Shown piece by piece: positions 1-12,055 of a stretch of 64,000 nt of DNA. A program made the position numbers and the translations under genes. Origin of the DNA: Mobula hypostoma. Its lineage: Eukaryota. The notes beneath the pieces are model-generated. The model worked only from the letters and a program-made list of their open reading frames with translations. It was not told where the DNA came from and did no database searches. The stretch lies in contig NC_086097.1 in assembly GCF_963921235.1 (NCBI RefSeq), positions 155,932,001 through 155,996,000 on the forward strand. Reading direction: 5' to 3'. Position 1 is the stretch's first letter; every line of letters starts with the position of its first letter.

Positions 1-599
1 TTTAAGATGATTGCTGGTACCTTCAAATTCTTTATAGTTTCTAACTTGCCGAAGTAGTGAAATTATTTCATTTTTGCTCCTGGCCATTTCTGGCATCTCA
101 ACGAATGAATGCTCAAAAACACAGTGAGCAAAACAGTTCTGAATTGTCTTATTGCTTATATCTCACTAACTAACTGTGACAAAAATCATTGCTTTTTGAA
201 CACAAACACAAACAAATGACAAACGAGAAAATGTGCAGATACTAGAAATCCAAGCAACACACACAAAATGCTGGAGGAACTCAACAGGCCAGGCAGCAGC
301 TATGGAAGAGTACAGTCGACATTTCAGGCCGAGACCCATCATCGAGACACTGACGTTATTTAAAAACTGTTGATTCTGACAGCAGTGTAGTGTCTAACAG
401 CCACACAAGTGCATGTAACTAACACTAGTTAGAGGCTGTTCGGCAACAGTCTCCCATCCCAGTTAAGCAGCCTGTAGTGTCCCAAATAAACCAAGGGAAT
501 TCTGACTATTTTCTCAATTAGTTTGTGTCCTTTAAGAGTTGTTCCAAAGAAGTGGCTGCCCCAACTAACCAATGGCCCAATTAATCGGAATCTACTGTA
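1..599. mobile_element. Right end of a non-autonomous TcMar (Tigger-like) DNA element; left end outside the window
   Basis: Ends ...GGCCCAATTAATCGGAATCTACTG followed by TA (598-599), i.e. a CAGTA-type terminus with a TA target. No ORF. Interrupted by a PLE fragment at ~219-348. Only one end is visible. Confidence 0.45.
219..348 (-). mobile_element. Penelope-like element 3'/pLTR fragment with decayed hammerhead motif
   Basis: CACACAAAATGCTGGAGGAACTC...GGCCAGGCAGCA..., shared with the GIY-YIG-linked termini elsewhere in the window. Minus strand reads ..CGATGA-TGGGTCTCGGCCT-GAAA-TGTC-GACTG (313-348). Confidence 0.75.
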
Positions 600-2319
600 T
601 TGAGAAGATAGAAATGAGAAGGGCCTGCAAGAGGGATATACAATACATTTTAAATCAGAAGTATTCCTTCAGAGTCAATCAGACTATCTCAGTAATACAG
701 GGAGAAATTGTAAGTTCCTCACTCTCCCTGCTAGTTTTGAACTCATACCTGCTCAACAGACTGCTTCTGAAGACATTCCTGCTGTTTAGATAATTAAAGA
801 TAAAGACAGGAAGGTTACCATTCAGAACTATTAATAGAAGTAACTCAATTATTTCCAAATTGTCTTGGCCATTTTCAGAAATGGTTGCCATAGTGATGGT
901 CCAAAGTAATGCTGAAAGACTTGAAGATATCTCCTTTGGGGATTTTAATGAGCAGATGCAACAGAGGGAAATGTATTCTGACTCCCTGCTGAGCTATTTG
1001 GGAGAAAACAAAGCAAATTTTTATTTTCTCCAATATCTCATTCATGAGTCACAGTTCCAAAGATCTCTTGAGTGAGTCTCAGCCTGAAGTACATGAATAG
1101 ATATGAGTAAGTAGCATATCCATGCACTTTCAGCAATACGTAAAGTGAATAATTAAGAATTCTTCCCTGATTATGGGAAATAGTTGATATCACATGTGCA
1201 GTTAATAAGGTCTCTACTTATGGTTCCATGTGTTACGGTAGTGAAGGTTAAACCCATTATAATGGAAGTCAAATTAGAAATACGTATGCATATTAAGTTA
1301 TTGCCATGTGTAATCTAACATAAAATATAATGGATTCAAATAAGGTTTGTACAGTGATTAGCTTCCTGCTGAAAATTTAATCAGCCAAGATCACCTTCAA
1401 TCAATGTTGGAAACCAAACAAGAACCTGTCAAAACAAAATGTAAAGCAAGTTTATTTAAGGTTTACCCAACAGTGATGTGTGAAAATGGCCGACTGAAAA
1501 ATAACTGACTAGCCACTTAAATGCACTGATTTTGTTTAGACTGCAGATGGGGTGTAAATTCCATCTCTGACATCCTGACCTTTTCAATGTGGCCCAGCAC
1601 TTAAGTTGTCTAAACCTTGCTCTCAGCCCCAGGCCCTGCTGCCTCGACATGCTCTCAGGCTGGTGCTGTACTGCCTCAATTTGGCCCATACCTGACCTTT
1701 CCTGTTTGGCCCGGCGCTTAAACTGACTAAACCTCGGGCATTTCCTTGACTCTGCTTGGCTTGCCTCGGGTCTGTCACATTGAATCGCACAAAGTCCACT
1801 CCAGCAATGGTCAAACGTTGGCTCATTCCCATCTCTTGGGCCAAGGCCCGATTCGGCCCGCCATGCCTTACCCATACCACATCTTCGCAACTTCAGTTCA
1901 CACCGGGTCATACAAGCGGTTCAAAAGCTCAACTGCGCAACAGAAGTTACAGGCTATTGTTTGCAGTGATTGTTTACCAGAAAATGAGGTGTTATTAATA
2001 AAGTATTTTGTTGTTTTCTTTGTTTTGTTTGCCACCTATGAGCAGTCACTGAGCTTCACCAGCGGAACCTTCAACTGGAAAAAGACCTGATGCAACATTT
2101 CAACCTAAGTGTCAACAAATCCTTTCCCCCCTCCCCCAGTGCTGGTACTGCTCGAGCTGCGGATTTCCTCCAGTGGGTTGCTTGTTGCCCAGATTCTAAC
2201 ATCAGCAATCACTTGTGACGATCATGCATACCTTTAGATTTCGTTGGCAGTACTCACTAACAAAGTGGGAGCATTAAGTCAACATAGTGTAAAGGATTAT
2301 GGTAAGTACCGAAGTTCTA

Positions 2320-2410
2320 AGTTCAAAAGTTCAAAGTAAAATTTATTATCAGAGTACATACATGTCACCACATACAATGCAGAGATTCTTTTTCCTGAAG
2401 GCATACACAG
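2320..2410 (-). mobile_element. Short 3' tail of a Rex1-type LINE
   Basis: GTTCAAAGTAAAATTTATTATCAGAGTACATACATGTCACCACATACAA matches the 3' ends of the RT-bearing elements at ~8420 and ~16590. Confidence 0.55.
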
Positions 2411-3284
2411 CAACTAGAGGACACAGACTTTCATTCTATTGGCTTGAGCTTCATTGAAACCTAGATTAGCTGAGAAGTTTTAATTTCCATTTGATACTGT
2501 CTTTTAATCCATCACTGAATACATTGACTATCCAAATCTACAATTAAATTAATTTATTACTCTTGCTTTATCCATTTCCCGTCCTTTTCATCTCAAAACC
2601 TAGACGAAACAATGAAAGATATGGGTTAAGTTGTGATAAAATATTGACACATTTCAAAAGGCCAGCATTACTTGTCTCTTCTCCTGGAGGAGTGAATTAA
2701 AACTGAACTAACTATGCACAATTGGAAATCTATAAATCCATAAACAGTCAGGATCTAATTAAACTGGAAAATGCTGTGGTTTGAGAGTACCTCAGTTTGA
2801 GTGCTCATTGTGAAAAGAGATCCATAATTACAATGGTATATTAAAGGGTAAATAACCAACAATTAAATATTGTGCATTGCACTAGCAGGGTTAAGATGTA
2901 AACTGCAGTGGATTAAGAAAGATAACCTACCACACATACAGTGCACAGGGGAAAAATCCAAAGTTATGATTGATTAGTGGGTTTTGGCATAACTCCAGAG
3001 GACTGAGACTTTCTGGCCAGCTTTGGCTTCTTCCCCGCTAGAATCAAATTACTTTCACATCTTCATATTGTTTTCTTGACTCCAGCAAGTTGTGATGGGA
3101 GTGAAGAATATATGTAAGGAAGGAGTTTAAATTAATTGAATATCTTTTTTCTGCTTTTCTTCTTGGTAGGCTTTTGTCATTGATATGTTGATGTGTGACA
3201 AACAATGTAGTTTGGGATTTCAGTAACAGTGGCGGCTGAATGCACAATGAAAATTGATGGATTCAACAAAATCAGAAGGATGTG

Positions 3285-3730
3285 ATAACATTGTAGAGAG
3301 GTGCAGAGGAGATTCTGGGATGGAGTGCTTTAGCGATAGAATACATTGCACTTATTTCTCTTGGAATACGAGAGGCTAACGTGGAACTGATAATGGTGTG
3401 CAAAATGATGATGGGCATAGACAGGGCAGATAATCAGAAACTTTTCCCAGAGCAAGGACGTGTGGAATCAGAGGACATAAGTTTAATATAAGAGGCAGGA
3501 GATTTATAGGGTATCTGAGGAAGAACCTTTACAGCCAGAAGCTGTGTAGAATCTTGGATGAACTTCCTGAATAATTGGTGACGACAGAAATTCTCACAAC
3601 ACTCAAGGATGAGAACCTAAATTGCTAAGGCTATGAAACAAGTGGTGTTAAATAATCAAAGGTATTCAAAGGTTAACAAACATTGAGGACAAAGGATCTG
3701 TTTCTGTGCTGTATGACTCTGTGACTTTCT
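3285..3730 (+). mobile_element. Old, degraded CR1 3' fragment
   Basis: Similar to the CR1 ORF2 C-terminus (GAGAGGTGCAGAGGAGATT..) and ends in a (TGACTCT[A/G])-type tail. Confidence 0.6.
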
Positions 3731-4429
3731 GAATCTATGCCTTTGACTCTTCCATTGTAACTTAACTCTTTCATTGCCTCATATTCCTTCTCGGCCTTCA
3801 GCATTTTCCATTATGCCTCAGTGTTCAAAGCTGAACACAAATTTTGGACCCACTGAAGAGTTACAACATTGGTATATCAGAAACAAGAGTAGGCAATTCA
3901 GTCTCTTGACAATGAAATCACAGCCGATCACTATCTCAAGTCTCCTTTCCTACCTTTACTCCACATCTGGTAATGCTCTATGCTGATAAAATGATTCATC
4001 TTAGTCTTGAAAGCTTAACTGGTCCCATTTTCCACAGCTTTTTGGGAGGAATGTTCTGGATCTGACTAACATTTCTGTGTGAAGAAATTGTTTTATTTCC
4101 ACTTTCACTCTTGAATAGCCTTACTCTGATTTTAAGATTTTATCTTGATTCTGTCACCACAGGTGCTTTGCAGTGATACATGACAGAGTTCAAACAGTGT
4201 CAATGGTCCAACCAGTGAATTTTCAGGATAAATCCATGTTAGATCAGATTCTCTGTATAATAACAAAGGAAAATAATGGATCATGTGACAAAGCAGTAAC
4301 TTTCAATGACCATCACCTACTGCTACAACTGTCACCCCTCCTGACAAGCATACATAAAGGTTTGATGTTAAGCAAAAGAAGCAAAATAAAGGACAGTCCG
4401 TAATTTGCTTACAAATGGACAGACGTGAG

Positions 4430-4950
4430 TCACAGGAAATTCTTCAGATGCTGGAAAGATTGAGCCACACACAAAATGCTGGAGAATCTCAGTAGCTCAG
4501 GCAGCATTTTGGAGGAAAATTAACAGTCACTGTTTTGAGATAAGTCCTTTCATCAGGACTGCAAAGAAAGGGGACAAAAAACACAGTAAGAAGATGGGGG
4601 TGGGGGTTGGTGGGAGGAGCAGCACAAGCCGGCAGGTGATAGGTGAGTGAGAGGGAAGGTAGGTGGGTGAGGGGAGTGGGGGATGATATGAAAAAAACTA
4701 GAGGTGATAGGTGGAAGAGGAAGAGGGCTGAAGACAAAGGAATCTGATAGCAGATGAAAGTGGAGTAAAGGGAAGAAGATGGGCAAGCAGACAAAAGGGA
4801 AGAGCAGGTCATGAGGGTGAGGTAGGAGAAGAGAAGGGGTAAGAGGGGAATCAAAATGGGGAAAAAGAATGAAAAAGGAGGGATGATAGAAGCTAGAGAA
4901 ATCAATATTCATGCCATCTGGTTGGAGATGGAGTGTGAGACAAACATGAG
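4430..4950 (-). mobile_element. PLE 3' fragment (purine-rich UTR plus pLTR with decayed hammerhead at 4524-4561)
   Basis: Same terminus as the other PLE copies. Minus strand reads CAGTC-CTGATGA-AAGGACTTATCTC-AAAA-CAGT-GACTG. Confidence 0.7.
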
Positions 4951-5324
4951 ACTCTGTTCCCTATATTTGTTTAATCTACTTAATCTTATTAATTTTATTC
5001 CATGCAGCAATAGAAATGATCATTATATAATATCAAATAAAACCATTGCTCTTTTGGCTCTGAGGGCGAAAACACGATGTTGCAGTTAGAGTGTAATGAC
5101 AAATGAGTATGATTACGTTAAAAAATAACAAGTCTCTGTTTTAATCAGATAAAAATGAATAGGCTTGAAATTAGCTTCTACAGTAATGCTGATGAACATC
5201 TTCATGCATTTATCCGAAATACCTACTGTATTTCCATTACTTTATCGAAGTTATTAAATTGTATAACATAAACTCTTCACTAAAATAGCGGAAGCAGTTT
5301 ATTAAAACATTCATTATTGATACC

Positions 5325-7762
5325 TTGGAATGTATGCGGGATGGTTTTTTGAACCAACATGTCGAGGAACCAACTAGAGAGTAGGCTATTCTGGACTGGG
5401 TTTTGAGCAATGAGGAAGGGTTAATTAGCAATCTTGTCATGAGAGGCCCCTTGGGTAAGAGTGACCATAATATGGTGGAAATCTTCATTAAGATGGAGAG
5501 TGACATAGTTAATTCAGAAACAAAGGTTCTGAACTTAAAGAGGGGTAACTTTGAAGGTATGAGACGTGAATTAGCTAAGATAGACTGGCAAATGACGCTT
5601 AAAGGATTGACGGTGGATATGCAATGGCAAGCATTTAAAGGTTGCATGGATGAACTACAACAATTGTTCATCCCAGTTTGGCAAAAGAATAAATCAAGGA
5701 AGGTAGTGCACCCGTGGCTGACAAGAGAAATTAGGGATAGTATCAATTCCAAAGAAGAAGCATACAAATTAGCCAGAGAAAGTGGCTCACCTGAGGATTG
5801 GGAGAAATTCAGAGTTCAGCGGAGGAGGACAAAGGGCTTAATTAGGAAGGGGAAAAAAGATTATGAGAGAAAACTGGCAGGGAACATAAAAACGGACTGT
5901 AAAAGCTTTTATAGATATGTAAAAAGGAAAAGACTGGTAAAGACAAATGTAGGTCCCCTGCAGACAGAAACAGGTGAATTGATTATGGGGAGCAAGGACA
6001 TGGCAGACCAATTGAATAATTACTTTGGTTCTGTCTTCACTAAGGAAGACATAAATAATCTTCCAGAAATAGTAGGGGACAGAGGGTCCAGTGAGATGGA
6101 GGAATTGAGGGAATTACATGTTAGTAGGGAAGTGGTGTTAGGTAAATTGAAGGGATTGAAGGCAGATAAATCCCCAGGGCCAGATGGTCTGCATCCTAGA
6201 GTGCTTAAGGAAGTAGCCCAAGAAATAGTGGATGCATTAGTGATAATTTTTCAAAACTCGTTAGATTCTGGACTAGTTCCTGAGGATTGGAGGGTGGCTA
6301 ATGTAACTCCACTTTTTAAAAAAGGAGGGAGAGAGAAACCGGGGAATTATAGACCGGTTAGCCTAACGTCGGTGGTGGGGAAACTGCTGGAGTCAGTTAT
6401 CAAGGATGTGATAACAGCACATTTGGAAAGCGGTGAAATGATCGGACAAAGTCAGCATGGATTTGTGAAAGGAAAATCATGTCTGACGAATCTCATAGAA
6501 TTTTTTGAGGATGTAACAAGTAGAGTGGATAGGGGAGAACCAGTGGATGTGGTATATTTGGATTTTCAAAAGGCTTTTGACAAGGTCCCACACAGGAGAT
6601 TAGTGTGCAAACTTAAAGCACACGGTATTGGGGGTAAGGTATTGGTGTGGGTGGAGAATTGGTTAGCAGACAGGAAGCAAAGAGTGGGAATAAACGGGAA
6701 CTTTTCAGAATGGCAGGCGGTGACTAGTGGGGTACCGCAAGGCTCAGTGCTGGGACCCCAGTTGTTTACAATATATATTAATGACTTGGATGAGGGAATT
6801 AAATGCAGCATCTCCAAGTTTGCGGATGACACGAAGCTGGGTGGCAGGGTTAGCTGTGAGGAGGATGCTAAGAGGATGCAGGGTGACTTGGATAGGTTGG
6901 GTGAGTGGGCAAATTCATGGCAGATGCAATTTAATGTGGATAAATGTGAAGTTATCCACTTTGGTGGCAAAAATAGGAAAACAGATTATTATCTGAATGG
7001 TGGCCAATTAGGAAAAGGGGAGGTGCAACGAGACCTGGGTGTCATTATACACCAGTCATTGAAAGTGGGCATGCAGGTACAGCAGGCGGTGAAAAAGGCG
7101 AATGGTATGCTGGCATTTATAGCAAGAGGATTCGAGTACAGGAGCAGGGAGGTACTACTGCAGTTGTACAAGGCCTTGGTGAGACCGCACCTGGAGTATT
7201 ATGTGCAGTTTTGGTCCCCTAATCTGAGGAAAGACATCCTTGCCATAGAGGGAGTACAAAGAAGGTTCACCAGATTGATTCCTGGGATGGCAGGACTTTC
7301 ATATGAAGAAAGACTGGATGAACTGGGCTTGTACTCGTTGGAATTTAGAAGATTGAGGGGGAATCTGATTGAAACGTATAATATCCTAAAGGGATTGGAC
7401 AGGCTAGATGCAGGAAGATTGTTCCCGATGTTGGGGAAGTCCAAAACGAGGGGCCACAGTTTGAGGATAGAGGGGAAGCCTTTTAGGACCGAGATTAGGA
7501 AAAACTTCTTCACACAGAGAGTGGTGAATCTGTGGAATTCTCTGCCGCAGGAAACTGTTGAGGCCAGTTCATTGGCTATATTTAAGAGGGAGTTAGATAT
7601 GGCCCTTGTGGCTACGGGGGTCAGGGGGTATGGAAGGAAGGCTGGGGCGGGGTTCTGAGTTAGATGATCAGCCATGATCATAATAAATGGCGGTGCAGGC
7701 TCGAAGGGCCGAATGGCCTACTCCTGCACCTATTTTCTATGTTTCTATGTTTCTATGTTTCT
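5325..7762 (+). mobile_element. 5'-truncated young CR1 LINE
   Basis: Uninterrupted ORF2 remainder, short 3'UTR with a hairpin (GGCC-GAAT-GGCC) and a (TTTCTATG)n octamer tail at ~7734-7762. Confidence 0.95.
5403..7658 (+). CDS. CR1 ORF2: end of APE endonuclease plus complete reverse transcriptase (751 aa open frame, 5'-truncated)
   Basis: Motifs SDHN (APE end), KSPGPDG, NYRPVSLTS, YLDFQKAFDKVPH, GVPQGSVLGP, FADD, RPHLEY, FFTQRVVNLWNSLP. The TTG start is an artefact of truncation. Confidence 0.9.
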   Translation: MSNEEGLISNLVMRGPLGKSDHNMVEIFIKMESDIVNSETKVLNLKRGNFEGMRRELAKIDWQMTLKGLTVDMQWQAFKGCMDELQQLFIPVWQKNKSRKVVHPWLTREIRDSINSKEEAYKLARESGSPEDWEKFRVQRRRTKGLIRKGKKDYERKLAGNIKTDCKSFYRYVKRKRLVKTNVGPLQTETGELIMGSKDMADQLNNYFGSVFTKEDINNLPEIVGDRGSSEMEELRELHVSREVVLGKLKGLKADKSPGPDGLHPRVLKEVAQEIVDALVIIFQNSLDSGLVPEDWRVANVTPLFKKGGREKPGNYRPVSLTSVVGKLLESVIKDVITAHLESGEMIGQSQHGFVKGKSCLTNLIEFFEDVTSRVDRGEPVDVVYLDFQKAFDKVPHRRLVCKLKAHGIGGKVLVWVENWLADRKQRVGINGNFSEWQAVTSGVPQGSVLGPQLFTIYINDLDEGIKCSISKFADDTKLGGRVSCEEDAKRMQGDLDRLGEWANSWQMQFNVDKCEVIHFGGKNRKTDYYLNGGQLGKGEVQRDLGVIIHQSLKVGMQVQQAVKKANGMLAFIARGFEYRSREVLLQLYKALVRPHLEYYVQFWSPNLRKDILAIEGVQRRFTRLIPGMAGLSYEERLDELGLYSLEFRRLRGNLIETYNILKGLDRLDAGRLFPMLGKSKTRGHSLRIEGKPFRTEIRKNFFTQRVVNLWNSLPQETVEASSLAIFKRELDMALVATGVRGYGRKAGAGF

Positions 7763-10227
7763 AATACAATTACATGTCCTGGTACCGTAAAAATGTAAAA
7801 TGACATAACCTGTTTAGCAAGATTGAAAATCCTTTTTAAGATTGTTGGTGATTTTTTAAGATTATTTGCTCATTCCTGAGATGTGACTACCATGGAAATG
7901 CCTGTCTATTGTATATTCTGAATGCCCTCAAACTGAGAGGACATTTGTAAATCAGGCCTAAACGCAGGAAGACAATCTAGGTTATTCTGGGTGAGGACAG
8001 CAGGTATCCTTTATTTAAGAAAGTGAGTGAATCTGATAGATTTGTACCAAATTCTGAAGTTCCATGCTTATTGGTAGAGAGACTATATCTCATTTCAGTT
8101 TTATTTAGTTACTTCAGTTTTAAATTTCACAGCTGCCGTAAACAGACTTTAATTCATACCTCTCAGTCAAAGGTTGATTACCAGGTGCTGTGGGTTTTTC
8201 AATGTAACTGCTTGACAGTGGTAAAATCTGCATTAGTTACAATCTTGATTAATAATTTGAATGAAGGGATTGAGTGGGCAAAAAGCTGGTAGATGGAATA
8301 TAATGTAAGAAAATGTGAGGTTACCCATTTTGAAAGAAAAGTGTAAAAATGATAAAGTTCAAGGATAATAGGGATAATCCTGCGAACTACAGATTTATTT
8401 CAGTGGTGGGCAAATTCAATGTTCAAAGTTCAAAGTAAATTTATTATCCAAGTACATATATGTCACCATATACAACACTAAGATTCATTTTCTTGTGGGC
8501 ATACTCAATAAATCCATAATAGAATAAATAAAAGACCTCACCAACTGGGAATTCAATCAGTGTGCAATGTATGCAAATACAAACTGCATATACAAAAGGA
8601 AAGAAGTAATAATAATAAATAAACAAACAATAAATATCAAGAACATGAAATAAAGAGTGCTTGCAAGTCTGTCTATAGGTTGTGGGAACATTTCAACGAT
8701 GGGGGAAGTGAAGCTGAGTAAAGTTATCCCCTTTGGTTCAAGAGCCTAATGGTTGAGAGGTAGTTAACTGTTTCTCTTGTTCCTGATGGCAGCAGCGAGA
8801 AGACTGCATGACCTGGGTTGTAGGAGTCCCTGATGATGGATGCTGCTCTCATGCGACAATGCTTTATGTAGATGTGCTCAGTGGTGGGAAGAACTTCACC
8901 AGTTATGGACTTAGCCATATCCATTATTTTTTGTAGGATTTTCCATTCAAAAGTATTGGCGTTTCCATTCCAAGTTATGATGCAGCCATTCAATATACCC
9001 TCCACCATATAACTATAGAAGTTTTAGATGTCATGTCAAATCTTTGCAAACTCCTAAGGATTTAGAGGCGTTGCAATACTTTCTTCATAAGTGCACTTAT
9101 GTGCTGGACTAAGGGCAGGTCCTATGAAATGATAACACCGAAGAATTTAAAGTTGCTGACTCTCTCCACCTCTGATCCTCCAATGAGAACTGGCTTATGG
9201 ACCTCTGGTTTCCTCCTCCTGAAGTCAACAGTCAGCTCCTTGGCCTTATTGACATTGAATGAGAAGTTGCTGTTGGAGCGTCACTCGGCCAGTTCTTCAA
9301 TTTCCCTCCTATATATTGACTCATCATCCCCTTTCATTTGGCCAATGACAATGGTGTCATCAGCAAACTTGAAAATGGCATTGGAGTTGTGTTTAGCCAC
9401 ATAGTTATAAGTGTAAAGTGAATAGAGCAGCAGTTTAAGTACACAGCCTTGTGGTGATAGAGGTTGTGGAGGAGGATTGTTGCCAATCTTTACTGACTGG
9501 GATCTGAAAGTGAGGAAATCAAGGATTCAATTGCACAAGGAGATATTGAGGCCATAGTGTTGAAGTTTATTCGTAGTTTTGACAGGATGACAGTATTGAA
9601 TGCCCATTTGTAGTTGATAAAGAGCATCCTGATATCTGCATCTTTGTAGTCCACCTGTGCCAGGGTTGAGTGAAGAGCCAATGACATGCCATCTGCTGTG
9701 GACCTGTTTCACCGGTAGGCAAATTGGAGCAAATAACAGACACTTCTAAGGCAGAAGTTGATATATTTCATCACTAAACTCTCAAAACACTTCTTCACTG
9801 TGGGTGTAAGTGCTACTGGACAACAGTCATTGAGGTAGGTTGCCACGTTCTTCTTAGGCACTGGTATAAGTGGAGCCTGCTTGAAGCAGGTGGATACCTC
9901 AGGCTGCTGAAGCCAGAGGTTAAAGATCTCAGTGAACACTCCACCCATTTGATCAGCGCAGGTTTTTAGTTATTGACCAAACACCCTGTCTGGGCCAGAT
10001 GTTTTTTGTAGCTTCACCCTCCGGAAGGATGCTCACACCTTGGCCTCTGAAAATGAAATCACAAGGTCATCGGAGCTGTAGGGGCTTGTGATGGTTCCTC
10101 CAATCAGAGTGAGCATAGAAGGCATTGAGCTCATCTGGAAGCAACACCCTGTTATTGCCTATGTTGCTTAATATTACTTGATAAGAGGTGATAGCATTCA
10201 AGCCCTGCCAGAACTGTTGAGCATCCT

Positions 10228-10460
10228 GGGCAACACACACAAAATGCTGAAAGAACTCAGCAGGCCAGGCAGCATCTATGGAGAAGAGTAAACATTCAAC
10301 ATTTCGGGCCGAGCCCCCACATGAAGACCCTGATGAAAGGTCTCTGCCTGAAAAGTTGACTGTTTACTCTTTTCCATAGAGTCTGCCTGGCCTACTGAGC
10401 TCCTCCAGTATTTTGTGTGTGATGTTTTGGATAGCCAGAATATGCAGATTTTCTAATGTT
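10228..10460. mobile_element. Fold-back (palindromic) PLE-terminus insertion with 13-bp TSD
   Basis: Inverted arms of the PLE terminus. TSD TGTTGAGCATCCT at 10215-10227 and 10461-10473. Confidence 0.85.
10325..10362 (+). ncRNA. Degenerate minimal hammerhead ribozyme
   Basis: CTGATGA (10330-10336), stem II AGG/CCT, GAAA (10350-10353), then AGTT-GACTG. Stem I and stem III are damaged. Confidence 0.6.
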
Positions 10461-10983
10461 TGTTGAGCATCCTTCATTAATTTAAGTTTAATCCAGAATT
10501 GCCTCTTCAACAATTAGATGGCTTTCCGGAGATCATACCTAGATCTCTTGTAACTTTCTTGGTCACCAGACTTGAATGCCTCTGATCTGACCCTCAGATC
10601 TGATTCATCCAGGGGTTCTGGTTGGGGAAGACTGAATGATCTTTTGGGGACACACTCATCTACAACTGTTTTTAAAATGTCCGTGATGACTATGGTGTAT
10701 TCATTCAGATCCACAGATGAGTCCTTGAACATGACCCAGTCCACGGACTTGAAACAATCTCATAGCTATTCCTCGGTTTACTACGACCACCTCTTTGTTG
10801 TCCTAATCTCTGGAGCTTTGCTCTTTAGGTTCTGCCTGTACGCAGGTAGGAGAAGGACAGCCAAGTGATCAGATTTCTGGAAACACATTCTGAGCATAGA
10901 ACAGTTGGCATTCCTTATCTTAGTTTAACAGTGGTCTTGTGTGTTGAGACCTCTGGTGGTTCAGGTTATATCTTGATGGTAAC

Positions 10984-12055
10984 CACGAGAAATCCTAAGC
11001 AACAGACACAAAATGCTGGAGTTCAGGCAGCATCCATGGAAATGTAAGAAATCGACGTTTTGGGCTGAGATCTTTCTTCAGGACTGGAAAGGTACAGGGA
11101 AGATGCCAGAATACCAAGGTAGGGGGAGGAGAAGGAAGATAGCTAGAAGGTGATAGGTGAAGCCAGGTTTGGTAGGAAAGGTAAAGGGATGGAGAGAAAG
11201 GAATCTGGTAGAAGAGGAGAGTGGCCCATAGGAGAAAGGGAAGGTGATAGGCAGGTGAGAAGAGGTAAGAGGCCAGAATGAGGAATAGAAGAAGAGGGGA
11301 GGGGAAGGGAATTTTTTATTACTGGAAGAAGAAATTGATATTCATACCATCAGGTTGGAGGCTAGTCAGACAGGATATAAGGTGTTACTTCTCCAACTTG
11401 AAGGTGGCCTCATCTTGGCACAAGAGGAGACTATGGACAACATGTTGGAATGGGAATGGGAATTGGAATTCAAACATTTGGCCTTCGGAAGTTCCGCTTT
11501 AGGCAGATGGAGCTGAGGTGCTTGACAAAGCGAACCATAATTTACCATGGGTTTCAAAAATGTAGAGGAGGCTGCATTGGGAGCATCGGCCACAATAGAC
11601 GACATCAGCAGATTTGCAGGTGATATGTTGCCTCACCTGGAAGGACTAATTGGTGCTCAAAATGCAGGTGAGGGAGGAGGTAAATGGTCGGGTGTAGAAT
11701 GGCTGCTTGCAGGGATAAATGCTGGGAGAGAGATTAATGGGGGGGGCGGAATGAATGGACAACGGAATCATGGAGGGAGTGATCCCTGTGGAATGCGGAG
11801 GTGGGGCGGGGGGGGGAGGTAAAGATTTGTTTGGTGGTAGGATTCCTTTGGAGATGGTGGAAGTTGTGTAGGATGGTGTGTTGGATGCAGAGGCTCATGG
11901 GGTGGTAGGTAAGAATAAGAAGAACTCTATCACTATTAAGGCGGCGGGAGGGTAGGGTGAATGCAGATGTTCAGGAAATGGGGGAGATTCGGCTGAGGGC
12001 AGCATCAATGGTGGAGGAAGGAAAATCCCGTTCTCTGAAGGAGGATCTCTCTGAT
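10984..12055 (-). mobile_element. PLE 3' fragment with GIY-YIG remnant
   Basis: Minus strand encodes decayed ..HSHSNM..CQDEATFKLEK..LQPDGMNI and ENGIFLPPP / GFSFLHH regions. Terminus carries CAGTC-CTGAAGA...AAAA-CGTC (11049-11086). Confidence 0.75.

Larger units (their letters stand above)
8420..10985 (-). mobile_element. Degraded Rex1/Babar-type LINE
   Basis: Frameshifted fragments PVPKK..LNDCCPVALT..KCFE, LQFAYR, RMLFINYKWAFNT, FADD-like, ILNGCIITWNGN and HAVFSLLPSG. 3' tail at ~8420. Interrupted at 10228-10460. Confidence 0.8.

Noticed and set aside
1456..2090. GC-richer region with four overlapping ORFs
   Set aside because: The ORFs show no domain. Probably an unclassified repeat that I cannot assign.
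5179..5230. TACAGTA..CTGATGA..GAAA..TACTGTA looks like a hammerhead or a tiny TcMar MITE
   Set aside because: Stem II does not pair, spacing to stem I is wrong and there is no proper NUH triplet. The 7-bp inverted repeat is too short to call.
6566..7681. Long antisense ORFs over CR1 RT (similar ones at 24861-25259 and 61356-61775)
   Set aside because: Shadow frames of LINE ORF2, recurring in every copy, with no independent evidence of coding.
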